Assembly (NCBI RefSeq): GCF_009834535.1
Contig: NC_045704.1
Span: 66,588,001 to 66,652,000 of the forward strand
DNA from: Camelus ferus
Taxonomy: Eukaryota
Direction: 5' to 3'
DNA length: 64,000 nt
Below, piece by piece: positions 13,801 to 26,903 of the stretch; within the stretch, counting starts at the first letter, position 1, and the number at the start of each line of letters is the position of its first letter. Made by a program: the position numbers and the translations under genes. Below the pieces are notes generated by a model. That model saw nothing but the letters and a program-made list of their open reading frames with translations. It did not search any database and was not told where the DNA came from.

Positions 13801-14674
13801 CAGACCCACCCCCACAGCCACCCTGCCACGGCTGTGTGCTTTAATTTCAGGTACTGAACGAAGGGGAAACGGTACGAAACGCGAAACTTCATAGGACAAC
13901 TTGGCTCATGAAGCCACCAGGGACCTGGAAAAGCCATCCTTTTTAATGCCTTGGGTGTGGGAGTTCTGTTCCCTATTAAGATCCTGCCTTTTATCATCCT
14001 GCGAAAACTAGGGTGGGTTATGTAACCTCTCCGTGTACCTGCTTCCTTCCCCAGTGGAACTAACGAGCGGACCAGGCAGCATGGGTGGATCTGGATCAGG
14101 GAAAGCACGCTGAAGCTGCTAAGGAACAGAAGTCAGGGATCAGAATGTCTGTTCAGTTTCCAAAGTGTGTGGCGTTGTGGCCAGATGAGAGGATCACACA
14201 CTTGGAGAACTTGGGGAGCGTGCAGATCTTAGAAGCTGTGTTCTGTAGGACCTTCAGTGTTTCTGGGGTGAATGCCTCACCAGCACATCCTTCTAACCAC
14301 ACTCCCAAGACAATGCGGGGGCCTACAGGGCCAGGGAGCTCATTAGAGCACCAGGAAGCCAACCCTGGTCTGCAAGGCCCCCTTCTCCTGCCCACGGTAC
14401 CCACACCGGCAGGTGACAGTGTTCTCCGACGCTGCTTCTTACGCCGCACCACATCCGCCTCCCTCCCGCCAGAGTCTAACTCCGCTCCCTGGAGAGGCCG
14501 GAGCAGATCACACCCCACTGCCCACGGCAGCCCTTGACAGGACGGGGAGCGGTCAGGCCTCTCCCGACACGCTCTTCCAGGCTCAGCTCCTTCAGTTCTC
14601 ATTCAGCCTTATTTCCCCACCCTTCTCGGAATGCACTTGGGTTTTTGTCAGTTGTTCCGCTGGCCTTCCATTGA

Positions 14675-15200
14675 TTCTACAGACATTTACTGAGTTCCTT
14701 CCAGGGAGACAGTAAGTAGACGCTGAGAATGCACAGAAAAAGCTTAGTCTCTGCCTTGAGGGGCTCACATCCTGAGGCGGGGAGGGTATTCTCAAGCAAT
14801 TGCAGCACGGTGTGGGAGGTGCTGTGACAGAGGCCAGCCCAGGGGGCTCTGAACGTCCAGGGGATGCGTCCAGGGGTGTGTGTGTGTATGTGTGTGTGCG
14901 TGTGTGTCTTGGGAACTGCACTCCAGAGGGCAGAGAGTGGGGAGAAGTTCTGGGAACCACCTGTGGTTTGGAACTACAAGAGTCAGGGTCGTGGGTCAGG
15001 GGAGGATAACAGATCAGACAGGCTTGAGAGGTCCGCAGGGGTCAGATCATGAAGGACACTGTATGTCACTCTCCTGAGGGCAACAGGGAGCTATGGAAGG
15101 CTTGTAAGCAGGAGAGTGACACAAACTTAGCTTTTAGGAGCAACCACTCTGATTGCTAAGTGGGAGGGAGTAGTGGAGGCAGACGTGAGCCTGGAGGCAG
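14675..15200 (-). mobile_element. L2 LINE fragment
   Basis: acagacatttactgag...ctgccttgaggggctcacatcc and ggggtcagatcatgaagg...ggaaggcttgtaagcaggagagtgac are typical L2 3' blocks. Confidence 0.75.
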
Positions 15201-18200
15201 GAGGTGCCGCGGCCAGAGCAGAGCACAGGACTCCAACCTTCCTCTGGGAGCCGAGCCTCTCCAGATGCTGTCTGGGATTCAGCTCCACCAGCAGCCACAG
15301 CTCACCCCGGGCTCACCTTCAGAAGCAACAGGACCTTTTCTGTAGGAACAGGGATGCTGGCTCTTCCCTGGAGTTCATGTCTGCAACTGGTTGTTCTCAG
15401 GTTAACATCATCGGTTTCAGCCCTTCTTTCAGGTTGTTGAAATCTTTGTGCATCTCGATTTAAAGCCTTCATTTTTACTTAAGGGAAAATACTGAAGGAT
15501 GTGCCACAGGGCATGTGGGGTAATCCGCGGTGGAAGCAACGCTGAACCCAGGTCTCCTGACTCCTGAACCAGGCCCCCTGTTATTCTGCCTCTGTAGGAA
15601 GTTGATCTGTTTAGAGAAATTAGAATCAAGATTGACTAGAAGCAACAATTTACGTGGGAGAACAGACCCCAAAGGCAGGAAGGGAGGACACTATACCCCT
15701 TTCTAATGTCTCCTCTCAGGGACTGAAAAAATCCCTGCATTTGAATCTGCAGTCACAGGGATGGCGTTGCAGGTCTTCAGGCAGCTGAAGGTCACAATCG
15801 ATCACACCTGATCCCTGAGGCTCTTGTCAATGTCAAAAGTCTTGAAAGAATCTCATAGGGTGAAAAAAAATCTTCCACACTAATGAATGCTTAACAAAAA
15901 AGCTTCTCTATGGAACTGAACTAGCTCAGAATGTAAAAGCTGTTCGGGGAGACTGGACAGGTGATGGGAAACGGGACACCCCTGTGGGGAGTGGGCTGGG
16001 GGGCAGCAAACAGAAAGCTTCCCTGGATGAACGCCTGGAGAATCAGGGTCCTTCTCAGATAGGACCTAATCCACTTGGTCTCTGGACAGATGTCTTTCCA
16101 TGGACCCATGAAACCTGGAGACTGGTCTCCCCTGGGTTTGCTCACTACAGCCTCTGCCCCTCGGGCCCGAGAACCAGCGTGGATGGTGCGCAGAGCCCTG
16201 TGCCCAGGCTCACCAGCATGCCGTAGGCGTCCGCCTCCATCCCAGCACCACACCTTTATTAGCGCTTTTCCTCCTTTCTTCTTTCTCCTTGATGTTAATG
16301 CTTTAAGAGATGTTTTTACACAGACCTCTACTTCTAGCAGCTCATTCTGCGTTTCCTCTGGGGAACTCACAGGCCCTCCACCCTTTCCCAACGTTCAGCC
16401 CTTTCCCCACAACCCGTCACCCCACTCCTCACTTGAATCTCCACCCCAAGTTCCACCAGTGCAACACTTTCCTAGTGTCCTCTGTCTGCTCTGAAGCCAA
16501 ATGGCATTATGGAACCAGCAGACTTGTCACATGAGCAAAAGCCTTATCGATCCCTTCGCAGTAAGCATGTGCTTGTCTTTGAGGAACTGCGGACGGGCTG
16601 GATTTCACAAAGGCACGTAAGAGCAGTAAGGAACAGCTCCAAAATACACTCGTCAGCAAGAGATTGTAAATAAGCCCTTATCAGCTTTTCAGGCACCGTG
16701 AGCACTTTTTTTTTAAAGAGAAGAAACAAATCAAGCCGCACGCATTTTGCTCTGAGCCCTGACCCTTATTGTCCAACGTGGAAAGGAAGCCCCCCTGCCT
16801 GGGCTGAGACGTTGACCACCTCCCAAGCCCTTCCCCGTGGTCAGTAAAGCTCTCCTCAGGGAAGCCATGTCCTGAACTTATCTGATCTGAGATCAGGTTG
16901 CAGGAGCTCTACTAAAGCCACCACCCGGAGAGTACGTTTTAAAAGGGCCTTTTCTCGAGCCCGCTCTGTGGTTTCTCACACATCTTCAGTGACACCTGAA
17001 AAGCTTTGTTGAAGTGAAATGTATTTGTCTGTGTCCAAGCTGGTCAAATTGCCTCTCTTCCTTGCCAGGAAATTCCGATTTCTGGCAAGAGATGTCACGT
17101 AAAGTCCCACAGGGCAGGGAAGAAAAGCCTCAGTGACACAGAGGACTTCCAGAGGATTAAACACAAACCATAGGTTGTTTGTTGCTTTTTGTTTTCAAAG
17201 GATGAACTGAAATGAAATCTTACTTTGCTTGCCCGCTCAGCACGCCGCCTTTCACAGAGGAGACACTGAGCACTGACCACTCTTGGCCATCAGAGGCGCT
17301 GGCCATGTCAGCAGTTTACTGTCGTAACTTTAAACATCGCACCAACGGAACAGTTGCATCCCGGTGAATCTAGGCACGTTTAACGTGCCTCAGCCCCAGG
17401 CTCCTTGAAAACCAGCACACTTACCCTGGTGGCTTGATGCCAACGCTTCGCCTCTCCCCGGCTGGCGCGTCACGCACGAGGTGCGGGGGGCACCCGTCCC
17501 GCCGGGCCGGGGCAGCTGTCCGCCTTCAGCGTCCCCACGCCTTGGAAGCCAGGCACGCTCCTGCCCTCCCAGTGGCTGGGGAGCCGCAAGGTGCTACGGT
17601 CGGGGCCTGGAGGTTTGCCGCGTGATTGCTTCATACCACAGGGAGTGTCCTGCCCCAAGCTAAAAGAATGAAGGAGGAGTTTCCTTAAGAAATGCAGCTT
17701 TTCAACAAAATTCCTTTTCTCTGTGTGTACAAGAAGGTGCATTGCAACATTATCTGTAAGAGGAAATAACTGGGGGAAAACGATTGCCAATTGGGGGCCG
17801 AAATAAGTAACGGTATTTTCACACAGTGGAATAAAAAAAGAAGAGGATCTGTATTTGCTGCTACGGAAGGGTCTCTAAGATAGACTGTGGGGTGGAAAAA
17901 AAAAGACAAGTTGCAGACAGTATTTGCAATAAGGTCCAAATCGCAGTTCATTTTTGTATATGCTTAGAAAAAACCTGCGGAGTGATTCACAAGAAACTTG
18001 GCACAGTGGAGGCTCTGGGAAGCGTGATCTTACTTTTTGGCTCTTTTAAGATTTTCTTTTTCACCTTGTGTATGTACATGGTCCTTCTGTAATAAGAGGA
18101 ATTTTTAAAAATTCCTTCTTGCCTAATGAAAAATATTCCTGTCAGCTAGACCAGAGCTTCCAACAAACAAAACTTCTCCGTCATCAATCAAGCTGCGGTG

Positions 18201-18334
18201 GATGATTCTGAAAAGAGAAACTCAATATCCTGGAAAAGCGTATTGAACAGTAAGTCTCAGTGAGTCTGGGGACGGGAGAATCTTCAGAAGGCAGATTCTG
18301 ACACTTCCTGAAGCTGAGAAGCACTGAATTAACG

Positions 18335-20460
18335 CACTGCATTTTATTTTTATAATTTTATATTCTGGAAAAATTTAGCATATAGATAGTATAATGAACT
18401 CCCATGCACCCAGCACCAAGCTTCCTTAATGAACACGGCTAATCCTGTTTCATGCCTAACCCACCCTCCACCCTCCTTCCAAACATATGTCATTTTCTCT
18501 GAGGGTATGTATTCTCCTCAGTTAAGAACTCTCTCTTTTTCAGACAGTACCGCCACACCATTATGTTTTTAAACCTTGTCAACAACCCCTCTATGCCATT
18601 AAATACCTAGTCAGTGTTCAGATTTCCAAGTGAGAGCTCTACGTTGCATTTCGTTGCTGCGTCTGTTATGTTCATTTTAATTCACAGGTTTCTCTGGTTT
18701 TCCCTTGCAATTTATTTGCTGAGGAAACCAAATCACGTGTCCTGTAGAAGTCCCCACACTTTGGACTTTGCTGACCTACCTGTGGTATTTTATAGCAAGC
18801 TCTCCAGTCCCTTCTGTGTCCTGTAAATTGGTAGTTAGAGCGAGACCTGGTTCGATTTGGGTCTAATTCTTTGGCAATAATGTGTCTTCCTGTGATACTA
18901 GCTGCCCTGGATGATTGTAATTAATTGTGTCCCAAAAGGTATGCTGAGGTCCTAACCCCCCTGCCCATGGAGGTAATCAAGTTAAATGATTACCTAATCC
19001 AGCCCTTACAAGAGGAACATTTGGCGATGACAGACTCAGGGAGAAGACGGTCATGTGACCACAGAGGCAGAAGCTGGAGTGTTACTCCTACAAGCCTAGG
19101 AATGCCACAGTTTGCTGACAAACACCAGAAGCTAGAAGAGGAAAGGGAGGACCCCTTCTGGAGTCCCGGGGGAGCAGGCCCTGCCAGCACCGTGACTTCA
19201 GACTCTAGACTCCAGGACTGTGGGACGTTAAATTTCTTCTTTAAGCTCCCAGTCTGCGGTACTTTGTTATGGCCATCTTAGGAACTACTATTATCACCTT
19301 CACCTAGAACCATCATTTATTTCAGGGCCTGTCAAATAAGTGACATTCCTTCTTAATCACTGGCTGGAATACTTCTGTAAAAAGCAGCCTGCCCTCCTCT
19401 GTGGTTTGGCTACTCTGAAGTTCAATTCATATGGCACAGGTAGATTCTTTCTGTTTACTTGCCTGTTTTCAGAACAATGGGTTGGCCTCCTAGCATCATC
19501 CAATGGTGTTTTTTTTTTTTTTCCCTTGAGCATCATTTATGAACTTGTGAATTTTCAACATGATTCATGTGTTTCGATCCTTTCCAGTTATTCTTGTTCA
19601 TGTGTAAATTGTCCCATTCGGGGCCAGTGGGAGCCTTGACAAGTTGACTTCTGAGTACTTTCAGTGGGACTCTAGGAATTTCAGGTATGTTGTGATGTTC
19701 CAGGCTGATCACATGCATTTCCTGTCTCAAACCAGAACCATCCTTTTCCCCAAGAAGCCCTGGTTCCATTTAGTGGAGGTGAAATAGTATTAAAGAGACT
19801 ATAAAACACCACTAGGGGAACACATTCTGTTTGATCTGTCATTGTTTCTAAGCCTTTTTAGTGGACAGAACTAGGAAACAGAATTTCAAAACAAGAAAAG
19901 GTATCAACAGTTCACACTAATATTTTCTATTCAGTTTAAGATTATAAAATGATTACTAAATTTTTAAATTCTGTATTTGCATCTGTCTCTTACAGTGAAA
20001 TTCTTGGTTTCTATTAATTACTTATTTGCTTGTTTTATATATAGCTAAGAATTTCAGAAGAATAATATAAATACTATTACTAATAGGAATATTGAAAAGT
20101 TTAAGACTTTTTGGAGCTTTTATTGCCTTACGATTTCTCCCACTAGGATGTACTGCAACTTACTCTGTTAATCTCTTGAAATAATTCCTCCCTGTGCGGT
20201 TGGCCACCAACTCAGTATACAGTTAGAAACATTATCTTGATTACGATTTTAGGAAATTGTATTTTTTTTCCATTTGATTTAATTTAGTCTACACTTTTTA
20301 ATATAAATTATTCCCATGAGTCCAAAATCAAACCTACAAAACAAGGTATACTCAGAGTCTAGCTTTTAACCCTACCCCTTCCTAGTCTCCACCATCTCTC
20401 TACAGATAGCCATTAAAAAAACCCATGATTTATTCTTCTATTGGTTTTAATAAATGAGGC
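18335..20460 (-). mobile_element. Old L1 (L1MC/MD-type) 3' region, interrupted by MLT1
   Basis: AT-rich L1 3'UTR blocks (ataatgaactcccatgcacccagcacc; tagtcagtgttcagatttcc; ttgaaataattcctccctgtgcggttggccaccaactc) continuing on both sides of the MLT1. Confidence 0.7.
18912..19290 (+). mobile_element. MaLR solo LTR (MLT1A-D type)
   Basis: aattgtgtcccaaaaggtatgctgaggtcctaacccc ... gccagcaccgtgacttcagactctagactccaggactgtg...tttgttatggcc. Confidence 0.85.
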
Positions 20461-20489
20461 AAAAATCACCGTCTTTGTTCTTTAATGTC

Positions 20490-21620
20490 AATAAGGACTT
20501 CACTGAGGTGACTTTACTTGTTAAGTGTACAGCTTGACGAATTTTGACAAATATACACACTCATCTAAGCAGATCAGGAGATGTATTTCCATCGCCCTGG
20601 AAAGTTACCTTGTCCCGACTCCAAGAGGCAACGCCTACCCCAGAAATCGCTACTATTCTGATGTCTACACCAGAGACATTTTGTTCATCCTTGACTTTTA
20701 CGTAAAGAGAACTAACCGTGCAGGGTGTACTCTTCTGTACTTGGCTCAATGAGTGTTTGAGAGTTCTCCATGCTGGGGTCCTAGCGGTTCATTATTTGCT
20801 ATTGCTGAATAGTACTTACAAGTTGTTTCTCCTTTCATCTGTTGGTAGACTTCTGGATTGTTTCTAGTTATTGTCTATTAAGAATAAAGCTGCAAAGAAG
20901 TGTCTCATGTAAGTCATCTTTCCGTGGCTATGTGCATTCACTTCCCTGGGTGTGTGCTTGGAAGTGGAACGGCGGGGGCACAGGCGGTGGTGGAGCCAGC
21001 TTGTGCAGCTTGGGGCCGGCTGTGCCCATTTCTTCGCCACTCTTACTTTCAGTGACTTCCCATTGCAGCTTGAAATCAGCCATGGGGGGAAGATTTATCC
21101 CACGGAAATAGGCAAATTCTATAGATCAAGACTTCCTTCTCCTCCACCCCCAAAGCCAACAGCTAAACATTTACGAGCACACTGCCAGCTACAAGGAAGG
21201 TATGTATTTAAGTTTACTAGAAACTATCAATTTCCCAAAATGGTTATACCATTTTATATTCCAACCAGAGGTGCATAAAAGTTCCTGTTGAGCCTCATCT
21301 TTGCCAGTACTTGGTATTCAACTTGGTCTTTATAATTTTAGCCATTCTGATGGGTGGGAAGTATCTTCTTATTGTAATTTTAATTTATATTTTCTTAATG
21401 ACGAATGATCTTCAGTACCATTTCATATGCTTATTGGCCTTTTGCTGTTTTGGTATATTGGCCCTTTGTTTTCTGACGTGACTATATTTACTTATTAGTT
21501 CTAGCAGCTTATTTCCTTTAGCCAAAGGACTAAATGTCCTTGTGCACAATCATGTGATGCAGATAGTTTTATTTCTTCCTTTCCAATCTTTATGTCTTTT
21601 CTCTTGCCTTATTGCACTTA
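20490..21620 (-). mobile_element. Old L1 (L1ME-type) fragment with nested MER63
   Basis: ttctggattgtttctagttattgtctattaagaataaagctgc ... ttataccattttatattccaaccagaggtgcataaaagttcc. Confidence 0.75.
20981..21184 (+). mobile_element. MER63A-like hAT-Blackjack MITE
   Basis: caggcggtggtggagccagc ... gcttgaaatcagccatggggg ... taaacatttacgagcacactg. Confidence 0.7.
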
Positions 21621-22519
21621 TTTAAAAAAAAAAATAAGCACGGCATATATTTTCTTAGATAAACTGCATCGTACTATACATGCTTTAATTCATCTTGCTT
21701 TTCCCTTAACAGTATACCTTAAAGCACATTATGCTAGGATGCAGATAAATAGTGCTCTTTATATCATTTTACTGACTTGAAAAGGTGTGACAACACCCTG
21801 AGGGACTTAAAAAATTATGTCTTTATGTGGAGATGAGTTAATAAGATCACAGAAATGTATTTCTTGGGCCTTCTCTCTAAGGGCTGCCTGGCTGCCTTCA
21901 GGGAGAGCACTGTTGACCCTTAGCAAGGTCTAGTTCTGGCGGGTGAGTGATCCCTCTGTCCTGGCTGGGGGTCAGAAATGTACACACCCACATAAGAAAA
22001 GGCACTGTCCTCAGTAATTATAGCACCCCGCCCCTTGCCCCAGGCTCTCCTCGGCAACCCTTCCACGAATGCAGTCCCATTTCATTGTTTCAGTACTCAT
22101 GTTTCAAGAAGGTTCATCCTCCAGCTCTTATAGCAATACAGAGAAAAGATACTTCGGCCAATTCTTGTACCCATTTCCCAAAAATGCAATGTGGTCTGTG
22201 AAANNNNNNNNNNNNNNNNNNNNNNNNNNNNNNNNNNNNNNNNNNNNNNNNNNNNNNNNNNNNNNNNNNNNNNNNNNNNNNNNNNNNNNNNNNNNNNNNN
22301 NNNNNNNNNNNNNNNNNNNNNNNNNNNNNNNNNNCCGGGAACAACTTTCAATCTAGGCTGCTGTAATCTTGCTGAAAAACATGGGGTATAGAGTTGGGCT
22401 TTCAATCTTGGTCGGTTGGATGTCACTCAGAAAGGCTTCCGTGTCTAGCACTGCAACCCAACTCCCTCTGAGCACCTTGAAAAAGGACGGAGCCATAAAG
22501 TTACCCAAGTTTTAAATGC

Positions 22520-23030
22520 AAACACCCTTTAGCCCACCAATTTCACAAAATAATAGCATGTATATGTTCAAGGATGTTTATTGTAACATTATGTGTAATA
22601 GAAAACCTGGACATAATCTAAATGTCAGTTGGCAGAAAACTGGTTAAATCATGGTGCATCCATCTAATGGAAAACTATGCAGATATTTGAAAGAATAAAA
22701 ACTATCTGAATGTACTGTTGTGGCACATCCTTTAAGATAAATTAAGTTGGAAAGCAAGGTGAAAAAGAACTGCTACAACACGGTTAATGGGTCTAAGCTT
22801 GAAGAGGAGCTAGATTACGGGAAAGCAGGGCTATACATAGCCACACACGCAGGGAAAGGCACTTATTTTTCTGGAAGGGTGCACTTCTAATGTGTACTTT
22901 TAGGGCGAAGATCTGGTGGGCAGAAGGAAGTGGAGAATTTTACTTTGTATTTAACATCTTTCTAAAGTCCTAAAATTGTTTCACTTTGCACATGTTACTA
23001 TTATTTTTTAATGAAACAAACAATTTTAAA
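22520..23030 (+). mobile_element. Old L1 (L1ME-type) 3' fragment
   Basis: aaggatgtttattgtaacattatg...ataatctaaatgtcag...tggtgcatccatctaatggaaaactatgcag. Confidence 0.7.
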
Positions 23031-23149
23031 AAATGGTTGGCTGGAATCTACTTACGAGAACACAATCAGCCAGACCTTGAAAGTGGGACATTCTGAGACA
23101 AAAAAAATCACCGTCATGAAAAACAAATAGCCGTCGGGAAAAAAAAGAC

Positions 23150-25056
23150 TGGAGGCTAACAAAGAAGATCATCTTCAACTGGAAACACAGAGGGGGAACC
23201 ACAGCAGGATAGGAGGAGAGGTGTGCTCATGAAACAATTGGGCTCCATAGCCCCAGGGGTGGGCGACCCACAAGCTGAAGAACAATTAACTCACAGAGGC
23301 CTTCCCACAGGGGGGAGAGCTCCAAGCCCCACGTCAGGCTCCCCAGCCAGGGTTCCAGCATTGGGAGGAGGAGACCCCAGGACACGTAGTTTTGAGGGCC
23401 AGCGGGGCTTAACTCCAGAAGCCCTGCAGGACCGGGGGAAACAGAGACTTCATTCTCTTGGTAAGCATACACAGAATCTCACGTGTGCCAAGTACAGGGG
23501 CAGAGGCAGTGATTTCATAGGAACATAAGCCATACCTGCCTACTGGTTTTGGAGGCTCTCCTGGGAGGTAGAGGGTGCTGCAGCTCACCCAGGGGACATG
23601 AAAGCTGGTGGCAGACATTCCAGGAGTGTTCATCTACATGAGCTTCCCTGGAGGCTGATATCTTGATTGGATCATTAGCACCAAGACCTAGCCTCACCCA
23701 ACAGCCTGTAGGGAATCCTCACGACAAACAACTTACAGGGTGGGAACACAGCCCCACCCATCAGCAGGCTTCCTGAGCCACAAATACCTCTCTACCCGCT
23801 AAAGGTCCAGGACAAAGTTTCACTCAGCAGTGGGAAGCCACCGACTCCTCCTTCCAGGAAACTTACATAAGCCTCTAGTCCAGCCTCATCCACCAGGGGC
23901 AGATACCAGGAATAAGAAAACAACAACCCCAAAGCCTGTGGAAAGAATCCACAAACACAGGCCAGACTCTACACTGGGACCAGCTGGACCCTGGCCCTCG
24001 GGTGACAAGAGAGGAATGTACTGTTGGGACACATAGGACATTTCCCCCAGAGGGTCATTTCTCCAAGGTCAAGAAATGTAACTAACCTACCAAAAAATAC
24101 AAACAGAAAGATAGACAACATGAGGTGGCAGAGGAATATCTTCCAGGCTACGGTACAAGATAAAAATCCCAGAAGAAGTAAGTGATGAGGAGATAAGCAA
24201 TTTATCTGAGAATTTAGAATGATGGCAAAGATACGCAGAGAACTCAAGAGGAATATAGATGCAAAGAGTGAAGTTTTTAGCAAAGAGATGGAAAATATAA
24301 AGAATACCCGAACAGAGTTGAAGAATAAAATCACTGAAATGAGTAACACACTGGGAGGAACCAAGAATAGACTAAAGGGGGCAGAAGAACAGATCAGTGA
24401 GCTAGAAGACAGATTAGTGGAAATCACTACTGCAGAACAGAAAAAAGAATGACAAGAAATGAGGATAGTTTAAGAGAACTCTGGGACAACACGAAGTGCA
24501 CTAATATTCACATTACAGGGGTCCCAGAAAGAGAAGAGAGAGAGAAAGGACCTGAGGAAATTTTTGGAGAGAGAATCACTGAAAATTTCCCCAACTTGGG
24601 AAAGGAAACAGTCACCCAAGTCCAGGAAATGCAGAGAGTTCCACATAGGATCAACCCAAAGAGGAAAACACCAAGGCACATAGTCATCAAATTGATAAAA
24701 ATTAAGGATTAGGAGAAAATATTAAAATTACCAGAGAAAAGCAACAAATAACATACAAGGGAACTCTCATAAGGTTATCAGCTGATTTTTCAGCAGAAAC
24801 TTCACAGGCCAGAAGGGAGTGGCACGATATATTTGAAGCGATCAAAGTGAAAAACTTACAACCAAGAATACTCTATCCAGCAAGGCTCTCATTCAGATTT
24901 GATGGAGAAATCAAAAGCTTCACAGATAAACAAAAGCTGAAAGAACTGAGCACCACCAAACCAGCTTTACAACAAATGTTTAAGGACCTTCTCTAGTCAT
25001 CAGACCACAAGAAAAGAGAACAAAAAGAAGAAAGAGAAAAAAAAAGACCTACAAAA
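23150..25056 (+). mobile_element. L1 5'UTR + ORF1 + inter-ORF spacer
   Basis: L1 5'UTR blocks followed by ORF1p-like translation; ends in gaaaaaaaaagacctacaaaa spacer. Confidence 0.9.
24120..24996 (+). pseudogene. L1 ORF1p, disrupted by frameshifts and stops
   Basis: Segments EQISELEDRLVEIT and NEDSLRELWDNTKCTNIHITGVPEREEREKGPEEIF...ENFPNLGKE...RINPKRKTPRHIVIKL; starts ATG 24120, ends TAG 24994-24996. Confidence 0.9.
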
Positions 25057-25975
25057 GATTGCTTTGGCAATTTGGGGTCTTTTATGGTTCCATATAAACT
25101 TTGACATTATTTGTTCTAGTTCTGTGAAGAATGTTGTGAGTATTTTGACAGTGGTTGCATTGGATCTGTAGTCTGCTTTGGGTAGTATGGCCATTAATCC
25201 AAGAGCACAAGATACCTTTCCATTTCTTTGTATCATCTTCAATTTCCTTTACTAATGTTTTACATTTTCAGTGTATAGGTAACCTCCTCAGTTAAGTTTA
25301 TTTCTAGGTATTTTGTTGTTTTTGATGAAATGGAAATGTTTATGCTAGTTATGAAATTCTGGTTTTTAAAGTGCAAAAAAAGTGAAGGGCCACAAATGGC
25401 AAAATACCCTTTTTTGTGGGTGAGTTGTACTCCATTGCATATATATGCTGCATCTTCTTTATCCATTCATCTGTTGATGTGCACTTGGGATGCTTCCATG
25501 TCTTGGCAATTATAAATAGTGCTGCTGTTAATAGTGGGGCATATGTATCTTTTTGAATTAATGTCTTTGTTTTTCTTAGATATATGCCCAGGAGTGNNNN
25601 NNNNNNNNNNNNNNNNNNNNNNNNNNNNNNNNNNNNNNNNNNNNNNNNNNNNNNNNNNNNNNNNNNNNNNNNNNNNNNNNNNNNNNNNNNNNNNNNNNNN
25701 NNNNNNNNNNNNNNNNNNNNNNNNNNNNNNNNNNNNNNNNNNNNNNNNNNNNNGATGATGGCCATTCTGACAGGTATGAGATGATGTCTCATTGGTTTTG
25801 ATTTGCATTTCCCTGATGTTAGTGATGTTGAGCAACTTTTCATGTTCCTGTTGGCCATGTGCATTTCCTCTTTTGGAAAAATGTTCAGTTCTTCTGCCAT
25901 ATGTTAAATGGGTTTTTTGTTTGTTTGCTTTTTAACTGAAGGACAACTGATTTAAAATGTAGTATTAGTTTCTGC
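25055..25975 (-). mobile_element. Inverted L1 ORF2 pieces plus inverted 3'-tail fragment
   Basis: Minus-strand translations [27 protein letters not shown] and LLGIY...TWKHPKCTSTDEWIKKM...GILPFVA; 25915-25975 is the reverse complement of the L1 3' terminus. Confidence 0.9.
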
Positions 25976-26150
25976 TGGATGGACTTGGAGGGCATTATGC
26001 TAAGTGAAATAAGTCAGAAATAGAAAGACAAATACGGTAAGATATCACTTACATGTGGAATCTAAAATAAAAAAATACAACAAACTAGCAAGTGTAACAG
26101 AAAAGAAACAGACTCACAGATGTAGAGAAGGAGCTAATGGTGGGTCTCCC
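25976..26150 (+). mobile_element. L1 ORF2 end / 3'UTR, forward
   Basis: tggatggacttggagggcattatgctaagtgaaataagtcag (WMDLEGIMLSEISQ) then atatcacttacatgtggaatct. Confidence 0.9.
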
Positions 26151-26578
26151 AGAGAGTGAAGGACTGGCTCATAGTGTTCCTTCCACTCCAGCACTCATCA
26201 TTGCCTGGGGAAATGTCAAAATCTGGCTGATGATGCTCTTAAAACCCTGGCCTCAAAATTCATTGGCTTTATCAAATGCAATGACTTTTATCTGTCTTCT
26301 ACCTCAGCCACCCACAGCATCAAGTTCTCTAAAACACAAGCACAGAGACTGGAAAAGAAAATGGAGACAGGTGAATGGGGAGCAAAGAGGAAGCAAAACA
26401 AGATGGTGGGAGCCAGGATTTTCTTTAGCAACAGGTCTGGGAGGCTCAAAGCACCATTGTGAAGGTGGGTTTGACATGCTTTATGGATGATTTCATTGGT
26501 TTAAAAACTTACTTGACCTGGTCAGAAATGATAATATTCTGGTTAATAAAACATTTTTGTTTGAAGATATACATTATT

Positions 26579-26812
26579 GGGGAGCAGGGGTAAACTGGGA
26601 GTTTGGGATTAGCAGATACAAACTACGATATATAAGATAGATAAACAACAAGGTCCTACTGTGTAGCACAGGGAACTATATTCGACACCTTGTAATAACC
26701 TATAATGAAAATGAATCTGAAAAAGAACACATATATGTATAACTGAGTCAGTATGCTATATACCAGAAACTAACAACATTGCAAACCAACTATACTTCAA
26801 TAAGAAAGAAAT
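26579..26812 (+). mobile_element. 5'-truncated L1 3' end (cetartiodactyl type)
   Basis: gggagtttgggattagcagatacaaactac...gcacagggaactatattc...caactatacttcaataag; candidate TSD 26563-26578 / 26904-26919. Confidence 0.9.
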
Positions 26813-26815
26813 TCA

Positions 26816-26903
26816 GGGGGGAGGGTATAGCTCAGTGGTAGAGCGTATACTTAGCATGCATGAGGTCATAGGTTCAATCCCCAGGACCCCCATTTTAAAA
26901 ACA
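26816..26903 (+). mobile_element. Camelid tRNA-Ala-derived SINE (Vic-1 type), short
   Basis: ggggagggtatagctcagtggtagagcg...ttagcatgcatgagg...ggttcaatcccca; A box TAGCTCAGTGG, B box GGTTCAATCCC, A-rich tail. Confidence 0.9.

Noticed and set aside
22030-22500. Processed pseudogene around the first N-run
   Set aside because: Translations in several frames gave no recognisable protein, and there is no polyA or TSD.
24120-24996. Functional L1 ORF1
   Set aside because: Multiple frameshifts and stops; ORF2 is rearranged.
26816-26895. tRNA-Ala(AGC)-like gene
   Set aside because: Broken stems and an A-rich tail, lying within an L1 tail: a Vic-1-type SINE.
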